The notes under the pieces were generated by a model. That model worked only from the letters and a program-made list of their open reading frames with translations, was not told the DNA's origin and made no database searches. A stretch of DNA of 58,457 nucleotides, counting the filler, from Sphacelaria rigidula (taxonomy: Eukaryota): assembly GCA_964200075.2 (NCBI GenBank). It is 4 parts of 4 records of this genome, joined end to end, with 100 filler letters (N's around TTAATTAATTAA, not from the genome) between each part and the next. Parts side by side here need not be neighbours in the genome. Positions count along the whole stretch, not along the records: positions 1 to 14,540 come from CAXNAA020002192.1; positions 14,641 to 29,180 come from CAXNAA020002193.1; 2 more parts are not named here. One strand, written 5' to 3'. The stretch's first letter is position 1. Each line of letters starts with the position of its first letter. Shown here in pieces: positions 12,706-24,964 of this stretch. The position numbers and the translations under genes were made by a program.

Positions 12706-14134
12706 CACACGTCGGACGAGTCATTACTCGTCGAAACGAGTGCACTCGCTAATGTTTCTTGAAAAACCACGAGCACGGCTCGTGTGCTCGAGTTATTTGT
12801 TTGTCTTCACCAAGACCGACGACTCGTGTACTGGAGTCATGATTTTTTCCACCACGAACAATTACTCGAGCGCTCGCCCTACGAATTTTGTCAACCACGG
12901 GCAATGACTCGAGTACTCGCCGTATTAATTTTTGCCACTACCAGCAATGACTCGAGTACTCGCCCTACTAATCTTTGCCACAACGAGCAATGAATCGAGT
13001 ATTCGTCCTATATTTTTTTCAAACGCCGCACGAGCACGAGCATGACTCGTGGCACTCACACTCGTTGGGCTGCTCGTTGGCGGTAAAATTAATAAGGTGA
13101 GTACTCGAGTCATTGCTCGCTGTGAAAAAAGTAATAGGGCGAGCACTCGAGTCAATGTTCATGATGAGCGACTTGAGTGGAGTAGCCAGCAATCCCACGA
13201 GCAAATAATTGTGACGAGCCCTTCGACGATCTTGAACCCAGAATCTTCAAGTTAATATGCATGTCTGCACATGTGCAAGCGTCAAGCTCCAAAGTTTTTT
13301 TTTCAATTTATCCAAGCACCCACACACACATACTGATCAGACTTTTGCCAAAGCAGCGGGGATAATCTCGCGAGTAGTATATTATCATTTTTTTCAGGGC
13401 GAGCACTCGAGTCATTACTCGCTATAAAAAAAAAATGACTCGAGTACACGATTAATTGCTCGTACTTGAAAAAAATGACTCGAGCACAAGAGTCATTGCT
13501 CGTTGTGAAGAAAAAATGAATGACTCGAGCACACGAGTCACTGCTCGTTATGAAAAAGTAATGACTCGGGCACACGAGTCGTTGCTCGACTCGAGCACAC
13601 GAGCCATTGGTCGTTGTGAAAAAACTGAATGACTCGAGCACACGAGTCATTGGTCGTTGTTAAAAAACTGAATGACTCGAGCACACGAGTCATTTCTGGT
13701 TGTGATAAGACTGAGTGAGTCGAGCACACGAGTCATTGCTGGTTGTGAAAAGACTGAGTGAGTCGAGCACTCGAGTCATTGCTGGTTGTGAAAAAAACTG
13801 AGTGACTCGAGCACACGAGTCATGCTCGTTGTAAAAAGAAACGATGACTCGAGCACACGAGTCATGCTCGTTGTGTTTTAGAAAACATCCACGAGTGCAG
13901 TCGTTTCGACGACCAATGATTAGTCCGACGAGAATGTTTTTGTCACCACGAGCAATGATTCGAGTACTCGCCCTATTAATGTATTTCCACAACGACCAAT
14001 GACTCGAGTACTCGCCCTGTTCATTTTTTTTCACCACGAGCAATGATTCTAGTACTCACCCTAATATTTTTTCTCACCACGAGCAGCCCAACGATTGCAA
14101 GCCACGATTCATACTCGTGTTCGTCCGACGTGTG
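12706..14134. mobile_element. Complete 1.43-kb non-autonomous DNA transposon with 14-bp TIRs, 8-bp TSD and palindromic minisatellite
   Basis: TIRs CACACGTCGGACGA (12706) and TCGTCCGACGTGTG (ends 14134). Perfect TSD AAAACTTG at 12698-12705 and 14135-14142. Interior is arrays of ATGACTCGAG(C/T)AC(A/T)CG units in both orientations. Confidence 0.88.
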
Positions 14135-14540
14135 AAAACTTGACCGTCTTCTTTCATCGTAGGGACCAGGGTTAGAACGGCCTGGTAAGGTGGCCAACCC
14201 CCTCGCGGACGCGGTCATGGACACAATGCATGTACAAAGCTGCGCGTTGTCCGAGTCCTTTTCACGTCGCATTGTGGGCAAAGAGAGCAGATGGTGCTGC
14301 CGTGGAGGTTCTGCATGTTGCCCGCTCCTCTCTCACATCCTGCTGCACGAAACATGCAGACACGAACTCAATATACGCTGCATTCAAACAGCGCAGACAG
14401 TACGGACTGTCTGTATTGTTCACAAACGACCATATACCGCTTCACGAATTTCACCGTCCTTTTCCGATATTATTATTATTATTATATCCATCACATTAGC
14501 TCGATCTCTCGAACCCGTGGTCACAGAGTGCAAGGAGCAT

Positions 14541-14640
14541 NNNNNNNNNNNNNNNNNNNNNNNNNNNNNNNNNNNNNNNNNNNNTTAATTAATTAANNNN
14601 NNNNNNNNNNNNNNNNNNNNNNNNNNNNNNNNNNNNNNNN
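14541..14640. other. Artificial contig spacer (Ns + TTAATTAATTAA)
   Basis: 100 nt with a core giving stops in all six frames; repeated identically at 29181 and 43820. Confidence 0.95.
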
Positions 14641-14752
14641 CGTCCTCGGCTTTTGGGTAAGCGAGGTTGATGGTTATAGAAATTTATGTATATGGCGGGT
14701 CATAAAATAATGAATGCCCCCCCCCCCCCCCGGGAAAAGGTATGTAACAATG

Positions 14753-15046
14753 ATTTCGTGAGATTGAGCGTAGAATAAGATACGATTGAGAGTGAAAAGC
14801 GGACAATTAGTGAATCAATCGTTTCAGTCCCGCAACACCCCTCCACGACGTCCAATATCATTTCTGTAGTACCGTAGCTTGCCACTGAGGCCCTTGATAT
14901 CCCTGAGTAGGATATTGACGTGTAGCTGTGAGCACACGCTAGTGATGAAGGCAAAGAAAAGCAAACACGGAATAAAAAAATTGCCAACTCAAAGCGGATG
15001 ACCAAAGCCACTCTCAATCAGCGCTCTACTCTCAATCTCACGAAAA
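14753..15046. mobile_element. MITE (~295 bp, ~21-bp TIR)
   Basis: tttcgtgagattgagcgtaga ... tctactctcaatctcacgaaa. An inverted diverged copy lies at ~15981-16268. Confidence 0.7.
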
Positions 15047-15715
15047 CGTCATGTGCGAAAGCACCTTTTACCCCTATTTCGGGGTGAAAGAAGGGATGAT
15101 TTTCGCCCAAAAATGATGATTTCGTACATACCCTTCGGGGAAACGGAAGGCAGGAAACTCTCAAATATAGTTTTAGGGAGGTTGGAGGCATGAGGTTCTT
15201 CACATGAAAAATATTTGTCACGACTTGAAGTCGGGAAAAGCACTATTTCGGAGTCAAACCTCACGTTAATATTCAATCTTTCTTTGCAGACTCTCATAAT
15301 CTGAAATTTTTATCAACGGTCTCCTCGTCTCAGACCCTTACAACCGACCCTATGTACTCGAAACTGTACAGTTGACCGTTCATTACTCTGACCCTTCCGA
15401 ACTCGGCCCAATACTTGGATCTATTTGTCTCCTTCGTTACTAAAGGCCTTTGCGCTGAGCAAAAATGCGTATATTCCCTTGCTATATGCTAAATGTCCAC
15501 TTCATCTCAAACAAAACAGTATGGCGTAACTAAGCTGAGACTTCACGAGATGTACCGTTAATTTGTACTATGCCATTTGAATATTTTTCATGTATCTTCC
15601 CGAATATCGTGTAAGGACAAGTTGATACCTTTCTACTGAGTAGCAAAAAAAATGGATTTGTGGAAAACTGCGTTTGTGGACCTGCGTCGTTTTACGCCCA
15701 AAAAGACAGTTCGAA

Positions 15716-15973
15716 CGAGTGATGCTACGGTAGGGGTGCACAAATAATTTCTGAGTTTAGAGTTGTTAATAGCCCTGTATCTAATCCAAAACACGACTTC
15801 CGTAAAATGCGAGAATACGCCAGGATTACTATTTCAATGTGCTAGGGATATCCCGAATAAAATTGCAAACGGGGATGCCCTGACCCATATTCTTGTGCAT
15901 CTAGGATCCTTAGGAGTCTCTGAACCAGACAAGATTTTGAGTAAAAGGTGCTCCCCTACCGTAGCATTGCTCG
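15716..15973. mobile_element. MITE (~258 bp, ~26-bp TIR GAGTGATGCTACGGTAGGGGTGCAC)
   Basis: Right end GTGCTCCCCTACCGTAGCATTGCTCG. Full-length homolog at 51438-51693; a left end only at ~36795. Confidence 0.8.
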
Positions 15974-15980
15974 AATAATG

Positions 15981-16268
15981 TTTCCGTGCGAATGAAAGTA
16001 TAGAGCGTTCATCGAGATTGGGTTTTGTCATTCGCTTTAACTTGACCAATTTTTTATTCTGTGTGTGCTATTGTTTGCTTGTAACACTGGCGTGTGCTTA
16101 CAGCTTCCCGTCGATATCCTACTCAGGGATATCAAGGGCTTCAGTGGCAAGTTACTCCAGAAAGCGTATCGGGCCTCGTGGAGGGGCATTTCGGAACTGA
16201 AACGATTCATTCACTAATTGACCGCTTCTTACTCTCAATCGTATGGTCTACTCTCACTCTAAGGGAAA
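15981..16268. mobile_element. MITE, inverted copy of 14753-15046
   Basis: Reverse-complement similarity over ~290 bp (gaaacgattcattcactaattg vs caattagtgaatcaatcgtttc). Confidence 0.65.
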
Positions 16269-16278
16269 CATTCTTATA

Positions 16279-16613
16279 GGCAGATTTTGACATCCTTGGA
16301 ATGCCCTGCTGTACTCGTTGAGACGGTTCTAGCACTCCTGTGCGCGTTTCCCCGGTGGTCGCAATCTTTTTCTTGCAAACAAGCATTCATATCGCGGAGA
16401 CCGTTCATTCTTCTCGGAAATCGGCCAAGTCCAGAGAGCTTTTTTTTAATTTCTTCTGGGCTCGACCGGGCTCAGAGCAAAATGAGTGGTCTCCGAGGAA
16501 AATGCAGGTTTGACCAAGAAAAACATTACGGCCACCCGAAAAATGCACAGATGTTGTGCTGAAATCGTCTCAACCAGGACAGGAAGGCATTCCAAGGCGT
16601 CAAAATCCGGCTG
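16279..16613. mobile_element. MITE (~335 bp, ~55-bp imperfect TIRs)
   Basis: gattttgacatccttggaatgcc...ttgagacggttctagcac versus gtgctgaaatcgtctcaacc...ggcattccaaggcgtcaaaatc. Confidence 0.65.
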
Positions 16614-17106
16614 GCTCTCTTTTTTTGGAGCGTAAAACGACACATCAGGTCCACAAAGGCAGTTTTCCAGATTTTTTTCTTTGTTTGCCATAAGCAGCGG
16701 CCTCAATACACGAGTTCACTATTCAAACATACTTTTGAGTATCCGTGCGAATTCATGCATGCCGGCTGTGGTTCCCCCCTTGTTTCCATCACCCTGCACA
16801 TTCGAGCCAACATGTGCAGATTACAGAAGAGATGAACAGCCGATTGACACAATATATAGGGTTTCTTGTTGAGGATAGCAAAGACCTAGAGTGTTGCGCA
16901 GAGAGTACTCACAGATGTTTCCCCCCCGGAAATGTTTCGGTAGTTACGGAGGGCATTGCAACAACTTGGAAGCGACCTTGACCGAGTTGGTAGTGCACTG
17001 GGGGGAGCAGCGACGTTTTGTCATGAAAGCGACCCCAACCAAGTTGATAGCGCACTGGGGGGAGTCGGCAACGGTTTGTCATGATCTGCTGTTGGTAAAA
17101 GACATC

Positions 17107-18051
17107 CACAGGCACCGTAGGTAAGGTAGGCACCCGGGACCGGTATTTGGGACATCTCATACCCTACCGATACCGNNNNNNNNACGATACCAGGGTATTT
17201 CGAGATTCCAATACCTACCGTACCCGCCCAATCCGGTATTTTGAAATGTCATACCTACTATACCTACGATACCAGGGTATTTCGAGATTCCAACACCTAC
17301 CGTACCCGCCCAATCCGGTATTTTGAAATGTCATACCTACGATACCTACACATACCACGGTATGGGATGTGATACTGGTAAAGGGGTACGCTCGGTACGT
17401 TACCTTACCTACGGTGCCTGTGAAAACTTCGACTGCCCAACCAGCACCCAGATCTGAAACGCTTCGCACTGCCAGATGGCAGTTTCAAATTCGGTATAGA
17501 GGGTAAGGCAGGTACCCGGGACCGGTATTTGGGACATCTCATACCGTACCGATACCGACCGAATCCGGTATTTTCGAAACTCATACCTACGATACCTACG
17601 ATACCACGGTATTTCGAAATTCCAATACTCACCGTATCTGCCAAATTCGGTATTTTGAAATGTTATACCTGCGATACCTACGATACCACGGTATTCCGAG
17701 ATTTCAATACGTACCGTACCCGCCAAATCCGGTATTTTGAAATCTCATACCTACGATACTTTTTTCCCTTAGAGCGTGTTTGAATTCCGTTTTTCTTGAG
17801 TACGTACGTCTATCATGACACTACGGCTGGACCCCTGGGGCGTCAGTTAGAGTCCGACAATCAATCAATCAAATTAATCAAAAACGATACCTACGATACC
17901 AGGGCATTTCGATATTTCAATACCTACCGTACCCGCCCAATCCGGTATTTTGATGTGTCATACCTACGATACCTAGGCATACCACGGTATGGGATACTCC
18001 GGTAAATACCGGGAGTACGCTCGGTACGGCACATTACCTACGGTGCCTGTG
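17107..18051 (+). mobile_element. Composite CACAGG-TIR element with GATACC minisatellite and 8-bp TSD
   Basis: Left TIR CACAGGCACCGTAGGTAAGGTA (17107). Perfect right TIR at 17401-17422 and a second right TIR ending 18051. TSD AAGACATC at 17099-17106 and 18052-18059. Confidence 0.85.
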
Positions 18052-18789
18052 AAGACATCCTCTCCATTGCATGGGTTGATGTATAGTTGTTGTTGCTGTT
18101 GTTGTTGTCTTCACATTAATAACCTTTCCGATATTTGCGCAGTACTCTGTACTGGACATCTGATGCGGACGCCTTCCGTGGTCATAGGCCAACAACCCCA
18201 AGCTAGGGTAAATGAAAAATCATTAAACGAATCGGACCCAGAAACAATTCAAACAGACGCAATACAGAAGAAATACAAAACAAATAAAACAAAAGTACTA
18301 GAAAAAAGAAGGGAAAAAGAGGGAAGAAAAAAGACTACTGCTAGCCCTCTAAGTTCCGATGTCATACGAAGTATATGACCATTCGGTTTACTCCTTCAGG
18401 AGGCAGGGCCCATTGGTCCACTCTAACACGCAAGATCAAACAGGAAGGGAGCCAAACTCGAGAGCGACGATCACCAGCTAAAGCGATACGAGTCACAGGG
18501 TTCTAACCTTGTACCTCTAGAGGGACAGCTATGCGTACGAATATACTAGGGATAATATGAAGAGTACCACGTAACAATACACACCACCTCGGGGGGAGGG
18601 GTGCGTGGAGTTCGCAGCTGGTAGAAAAATAATACAAGCAGGGATGATTGGGGTCCTGCCACTTCCTCCATTTTCAGTTCGGTACAAGCTGATTATGCAT
18701 TCTTCCACCTCCTCCCTCCTCTTCTCAAATCTCCCGCTTAATAGCACGTTGTCGGCTGGCCTCTTCCTGGATTTTGTGCCAGGAGGTCA

Positions 18790-19241
18790 TAAACCTCTCC
18801 GCTGCCCGCAGCACCCCCGCGTGCCATGGTATCCCCCCTTCCCTCTTCGTTGCTGAAGGCCAGAGGGCACTTTAAACTCCGGACGTCTGTCGGTTGTCGT
18901 CCGTAGAGCTGTTCGTGGCTCCGAAAGCTTGAAAATCGTCCCGCAGGCACTTCAGCCAACTTTGCTCCGGGGACCCTGGTCCTGGACCCCCCCCCCCCAA
19001 AAAAAAAAGTGTTCCAAATGCCAGTCGCTTCGGGAGTAGACCGTCTGGTTGTCTAGCCAGGGCTTTCGCAAACAGCAGTCGCCGTCGCCGGACGATGGCT
19101 TCAGCACTTTGGCATCCAGTCTACTTGAGGGCCTGAGGGTATGACCACTGTCGGTATGAGCTACGCACCTGTGTGACCCCGGCTGGTGCGCCCACATATA
19201 CCGAAAGATGTAGACCGGCGTCCACAATAGATGGGACGACA

Positions 19242-19283
<42 letters not shown>

Positions 19284-20170
19284 GGCGGCACCCGATAACC
19301 CGCAGAAGGAGCCGGTAGTGTATCGTCCTTAGCAACCGGTAGTGCTCGCTGCGCGGGGCCCACGGCATGCATCCATACAGTAGGGCCTTCATCGCCTGTG
19401 CCTATTGCAGTCGGACCTTGAGTTTCCACGGTGCTTTTGGTCGGTCCAAGAGCTCTCGGGAAACATTTCTGATGCACACCCACGCGGCTCTGCTCCGGTT
19501 GTTGATCTCTTGCGTGAGCTCGCCATCTACGGTGACGAGACCACCCAAGTATCGGAACTCCGTGGGTTGTGCGTACTTCTGGCCCGCTGCTTCGATGATC
19601 GGTGTGTGTGTGTGTGTGGGGGGGGTGTTGGTGGCTCCCTCTTCTGCGGCGGGCTTTTCGGTGTTCACATCAGTAGAGGCTCTGCCTCCTTTTCCGACAC
19701 CGTCAGTCCGAAGGCCCCGAACACGCGTACTATAACGGTCATCATCCTCGCCCGGCCGTCAGAGGACCTCGAGACGACGGCCGCGTCATCGGGATACAGC
19801 ATTACCCACACCGCTCTCCGTACGCGGGCCTGCATGCCATCGTGGAATTGGCGGATAACGGCTATCACCTCATCCGGAATCCCAGCTAGGGTAAGCACCT
19901 GCCATAGAAGCTCTCGGTCGACCGAATCGTAGGCCTTGTGGAGGTCGACGGAGCACATGTGTAGTGGTATTCTCCGTCGTCGTCCCAGTTCCTGGAGTCG
20001 GCGCACGACGAACAACATGTCGATGGTGGATCGATCAGGTCGGAAACCGCACTGTTCCTCCCGCAGTATCTCGTGTGATTCGCAGTAGTCACTGAGCCGG
20101 TTGGTCACTATTGTCATAAGCACTCTCCCCGCGTGTGACACCAGTGAGATTCCCTCGTAGTTGTCTCAGT
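18790..20170 (-). pseudogene. RTE-like non-LTR retrotransposon RT, 5'-truncated and degenerate
   Basis: SHAGRVL..IV.NRL..YCE...L.EEQCGFRPDRSTIDMLFVVRRLQE...VDLHKAYDSVDRELLW, MLYPDD, FRYLGG, ALLYGC..W motifs. Confidence 0.88.
19165..19280 (+). mobile_element. 3' fragment of SINE with (CA)n tail inserted in the LINE
   Basis: ggtgcgcccacatata.cgaaag.tgt.gaccggcg.cca.aatagatgggacgacaa then (CA)n; matches 45992-46055. Confidence 0.75.
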
Positions 20171-20479
20171 CAGAGTGATCTGATTTCTTGTAGAGCACTT
20201 CGATGGTAGCGTCTTTTCACTCCTGCGGGACTTCACCTCCGTTTCACACCTTGACGAGGATGACGTGGAAGCGTTCGATAACGACGGGCTCGCCTCTATA
20301 GTGGGCAAAAATGATTGTATGTTGTATCATATTAGCAAGAGGAATTGCTTCGAGGGGATGCTGAATGATCTGGGGTGTGGCATACTGACTATTCTGACCA
20401 ATCACATCTATCACAATGGCCACTTGGCTCCTCTTGGGCCTCGTTCCCGGCTTATGATTTTTCATGAAAAAAAATTGAA

Positions 20480-20790
20480 CACACATGGTTGACTTGGTAA
20501 GCTTTTCAGCTGTTCTGCGGACAAGCCTCCACCCCTCTGTCAAAAACCATCTCCCCCCGCTCCGTCTCGGCAAGGATGCGTGGTCAATGATCAAACGACC
20601 AAGGCAGGCAAAAAAAAGTCCCTTCCCCCGTGCCCTGGAAAGCCTCGCATGTCCGTCCATTGTCAGCCGGCGAAACTGTCCTGAGTCGACGCTCGCTGTA
20701 TAACGGTTGAAAAAAGTGAGAGCGGAGAAACATTCCAATGAGAATGTGAAAGGGGAGTGATGCCGCGATAGTCCCCTGCTCCCTCCTTCC
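20480..20790 (-). pseudogene. Small LINE RT fragment
   Basis: Minus-strand GAGDYRGIT resembles the LINE NYRGI motif; downstream is frameshifted. Confidence 0.4.
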
Positions 20791-21413
20791 CCCCTCCCAA
20801 ACCAGCCCCAACATTCTCACGAAGAAAATGGCCACACAGCGTGTGATAGCTGGTGTCAGACTTCATGAAGCCCCTCATACGGGTGAAATTGACGAAAACA
20901 ACCCCAAGCATTTGGGTTTCCAGTTAAATAGCTGCCCGGTGAGCTTAGTTTCCGTCATGTTGGTTTACAACTAGATTTGTCTCTCAAACCAGCCATTTTT
21001 CTGGAGAGGGGCCATCGCGGCATCACTCAGGGATGTGAAATGGATGCCACGACTAGGCTCTTCGGCTCTTCATGGGGTGCACAGCTACCGGGGGAGAGAT
21101 GGGCTGATCCCTTGAGACCACGAACTCATCCCGAGGAAGGGGGGGCGGTTCGAACTGTGAGGGAGAAAAAAAAAACCAGCTGGCTTTTCCATCAGCAGCA
21201 GCAGTACACACGCGTGGAATACACACCCGGCGTTCACAGCTCCCGAAGAGAAATGCGCATAGCTATATCTCGCAGCACTTTGACCGAGTGAGTAAGTATG
21301 GACCCATCGGCGGGTAGTACGGACCAGGGATTCTCAGCAGGGTGGCAATCACGCGCAAGGTGCGTAGGCATTGGCGTACGGTCGAAACGCGGACCGTCTC
21401 TCGCACGAGGGAG

Positions 21414-21417
<4 letters not shown>

Positions 21418-21449
<32 letters not shown>
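21418..21449. repeat. (GCA)n microsatellite
   Basis: About 10 perfect GCA units. Confidence 0.9.
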
Positions 21450-21450
<1 letters not shown>

Positions 21451-21850
21451 GCACCGGCTGATTCAGTCCCACCCAAAATCGCACACAGCTTCTGGTAGTA
21501 AACACGCAAAACGATCAAATCCAACGCGTGAGTCGTGGTGATATGCAAACCATTACTCACCCTCTCCGTGTTTTAATCACGGCTAGAGAATACCTCAACA
21601 AGGCGCAATCGATATGGCACACAACGTCATTTCCCCCTGCCCGAGATGGCAACGGGGGATATCAAAATCAACGCACGGTTCCCCCACTCCTTCAAACACG
21701 AATACGAAAATTGGAGATATTCATGGACACGGACCGTATCAGTCGGTGACCATGGCAGCAAGAGTTGATGGCAGCAGGAGCCGGAGCCCATCATCGTCGC
21801 CCACCAGGGGCCCACCAATGGCACGACGTACCAAATCGCATCTCAGTAGC

Positions 21851-22245
21851 ACACAGCCCGGACATAGATATGGAAGGACGAAGCTTACTATCCTTTTTCT
21901 TTGACCTATCATGACAAAGCTCGGGCATGGACAGGGAATGACGAAGCTAGCCATCCTTTTTCTTTGACCTACAATGACACAGCCCAGACATACATGAAAT
22001 AAAGAAGCTAACTATCCTTTTTTCTCTAACCTACCGTAACACAGCCCGGACATAGACATGAACTGACGAAGCTAGTCATCCTTTTCTTCAACCTACACTA
22101 ACATAACCCGGACGTCGACATGAATTGACCAAGCTAACCATCCTTTTTCTTCAATCTACCGTAACACAGCCCAGACATCGACAATATAAAACGAAGCTAA
22201 CCATCCTTCTTTGTATTAACCAGAACAAAGCCCGGATATAGATAT
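21851..22245. repeat. ~63-bp minisatellite, ~6 copies
   Basis: acacagcccggacatagacatg...acgaagcta.ccatcctttttct..acctac recurs at 21851, 21914, 21977, 22039 and onward. Confidence 0.85.
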
Positions 22246-22499
22246 GAAATGGCGAAAACAAAACAGTTCTAGTTACCCATATCAAAACGGAAGCAACCGA
22301 GATTCTTGCCCCGATATCGTAACAAAAGTAAGAGATAAAATTAACCAAAATCCAGACATGTAAGTAACAGCGTAAAGGTTGGCCACCTTACACGCAAAGC
22401 GAAAATACCAAAGATAAATCAAGTACAGATAGGGTAGTGTCATCACCCCGACAAGTACTGAAATTGGGGATATCCCAATACCTTGACCACATCCCACTA

Positions 22500-23950
22500 C
22501 AATTCTTGGAACGAACAAGCTGGAGATACCCTCGGAAGAGATCGAGGGAGGAACGGTGAGGAACGGCGGATGGAGGAGTAAAGAGTCGACGGGTAAATTA
22601 CTAGCAGTGCTGGTACCCGGATTCCGTACCGGTATAACGAAAATAGAGTTTAAAAGGAAATGCGATGAACTTGAACTATTCTGTTTGATGATAGTGAAAG
22701 TAGAAAGGGAGGGAGAACACTTCCGAGTTACGCTAAAACAGAGCGCGAGCAAGGAGTGGGAAAAGATAGAGACAAGTAAGGTGTCAGCATGGCTTAAAAA
22801 GGTAAGATGGAGAGTATGCATAGGTAATGGAACAACAAACCAGAGAGGTAGTCAACGGGTAAACGAAGGAGAGGAGAAGCAGGAGCGAGTAAGTGCCCGG
22901 AAATAAAAAGGGAGAGGAAATAACGGCCCGGAGCAAATAGACGAAGACCAAACTGGAAACAGGAAGAAAAATCAAGCAAGGGAGGATAGAAGAACACACG
23001 ACGGAGAGAGAACAGTAGACAACAGGAAAGTAGAGAATGATTCAAAAGGGAAGTTAAGAACTGGATCGTGGAACGTGTGTGCACGAGCTCAAGAGAGTAG
23101 AGATGGCCGGACAAGTGAGTAAACGCGACCTAGATAAAGAAGGAATTCAAGAGTCATGGGAGAAAGAGGGGGCGGAAATAGGATGCAAAGGTGGAGATTA
23201 CGCATGGATAGGGGAAAAGCGGAAGGGACGGGACCTCAAGAGTAGGGGAGCGGGGGCGATAAGATTCTTGGTCAAGGGATACCTGTTTGACATCATAGAA
23301 GCGGTCAAAGACACAAACTCCGACGAAAGAGTATATTGATAAGGGTATCAGGAGAGCGGAGAACGAAGGATTTCTTCGCAGGGAACATCTATATGCTGCT
23401 AGAATCGAAGAGTGGGGTAAACGATATACAGCGTAGGTTTAGAGAGATAGCAGCAGACGTACATCAGTATAAAATACGCGAAGAAGTAATGTTAGTGGGA
23501 GGTTTGATGCAAGGGTTAGAAAAGCAGGTCAACCGGATGATATCATTGGGCAATACGGGGAAGATAAGAAGAACACGAATGGGGTAGAAGTGCTGAAGTC
23601 CCTTGAGAACTACGAGATGAAAACACTGAACGATAGAGCACAAAAGCATGAAGCGCAGTGGGTATGGAGTAGACGATGCAACGACGAGAGAGAACGCTCC
23701 GTTCTTGACTGTATAGTGGTCGAGCATGGAAATAGTAAGGGAATGGAAGTACATGTGTGCGCAGAGGAAGTAGGAACTACAAATCGTCGCCTCATACTGA
23801 CAGAAAACAAAAATACGAGAGGTGAAAGAAATAGGCGGGGTAGTAAGTTGTACAGGTGGAGAATAAGTATGCACTGGAAACGGAAGAAATCAGCAAGAGT
23901 GCCAAGAAGAAATGATCAAAATATACCCCAAACCAAAAAAAGACAACTAA
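22500..23950 (+). pseudogene. Degenerate LINE 5' region including APE-type endonuclease
   Basis: Purine-rich coding-like strand; GIQESW, YAWIG, GAGAIRFLVK, GNIYM and SVLDCIVV match apurinic-like endonuclease motifs. Multiple stops and frameshifts. Confidence 0.7.
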
Positions 23951-24964
23951 GGTATATATCGGAAGAAGAAGCAGGTCGTGCTCAAGACGCAATCCTCAAC
24001 TGGTGTTGTCGGGGTAAAACGAAGTCAGTACCTCGCTCATGAGGGAGTGTTATCGACCGCCACCGGTTAAAAAAAAGTTCCTCGTCTCTAGCGCAACGAA
24101 TAGGTAAAAGTAAAAAAGACATTTTCCCCCATCTGTTCATGAGAATGACCGGGATTGCTTCATCCGAGCAAAAACATCCAAGAGTCAAAACCTGTGGCTG
24201 GGTGGTTGCAGTTCCCCCGAAAACTCCGACCGCAAGTCGTTCAAATATTGAGTGCAGAGATGATCTTGTTTCGGGATGCGGGGCGGATGCCTAGAACCTC
24301 CCGATCCCCAAACTTTGGGATCAAATGTTCACTGGGATGAGCGGTGGTACGCGCAAAACATTATTGAATATTGCTGACTACGAAAAAAAAACAAAAATCA
24401 CCAAATTCATCTGAAAACTAGTGTGATAAAAATCACACTAGGTGGGTGTTACCAGCTGACAGATATTGTGCGTGATATTCTAGACGATGAGGCTTTACAC
24501 GCGCCATACTCTCAACGTACCTTGTGTTCGAAAGGCCATACGTCTGGCTCTGAGCCGTTCGCTTTTCGAGGTTCGGCTTGACCATACTCGGAATTTTTGT
24601 TAACGCTTGAGACATCCAGCTAGTCAACAGCCTTTTGCAAATGATTAAAGCATCTTCCGCTCTCGGGGACGTCAGGATTGCTCTTCATCGTCAACACCGG
24701 TCTTCGGCCAAAGTAAGCCTGTCTTGAGTGCAACAGACGCTACTACAATGCACTTGTGCCTGCCATCGAACTCTACTGATCGAAGTAGCACGAAAGATTG
24801 CTTACGTCGAACAGCTCACGAGCTACCTGGAAAAACTATTCGAATAGAACTCTCAGACCCAGCGTACCAGAACACAACACACGTGACAACAGTGTTCGAG
24901 AAGCTAAAGCGTTACCTTTCCGCCACACCGCGTGCTCAGCGTCCATCGCGGTCGGGAGCTAATA

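Noticed and set aside
13395..13880. CRISPR-like array of palindromic ~40-bp repeats
   Set aside because: Units are contiguous with only A-rich linkers, there are no unique spacers or cas genes, and the array lies inside a TIR/TSD element in eukaryotic DNA.
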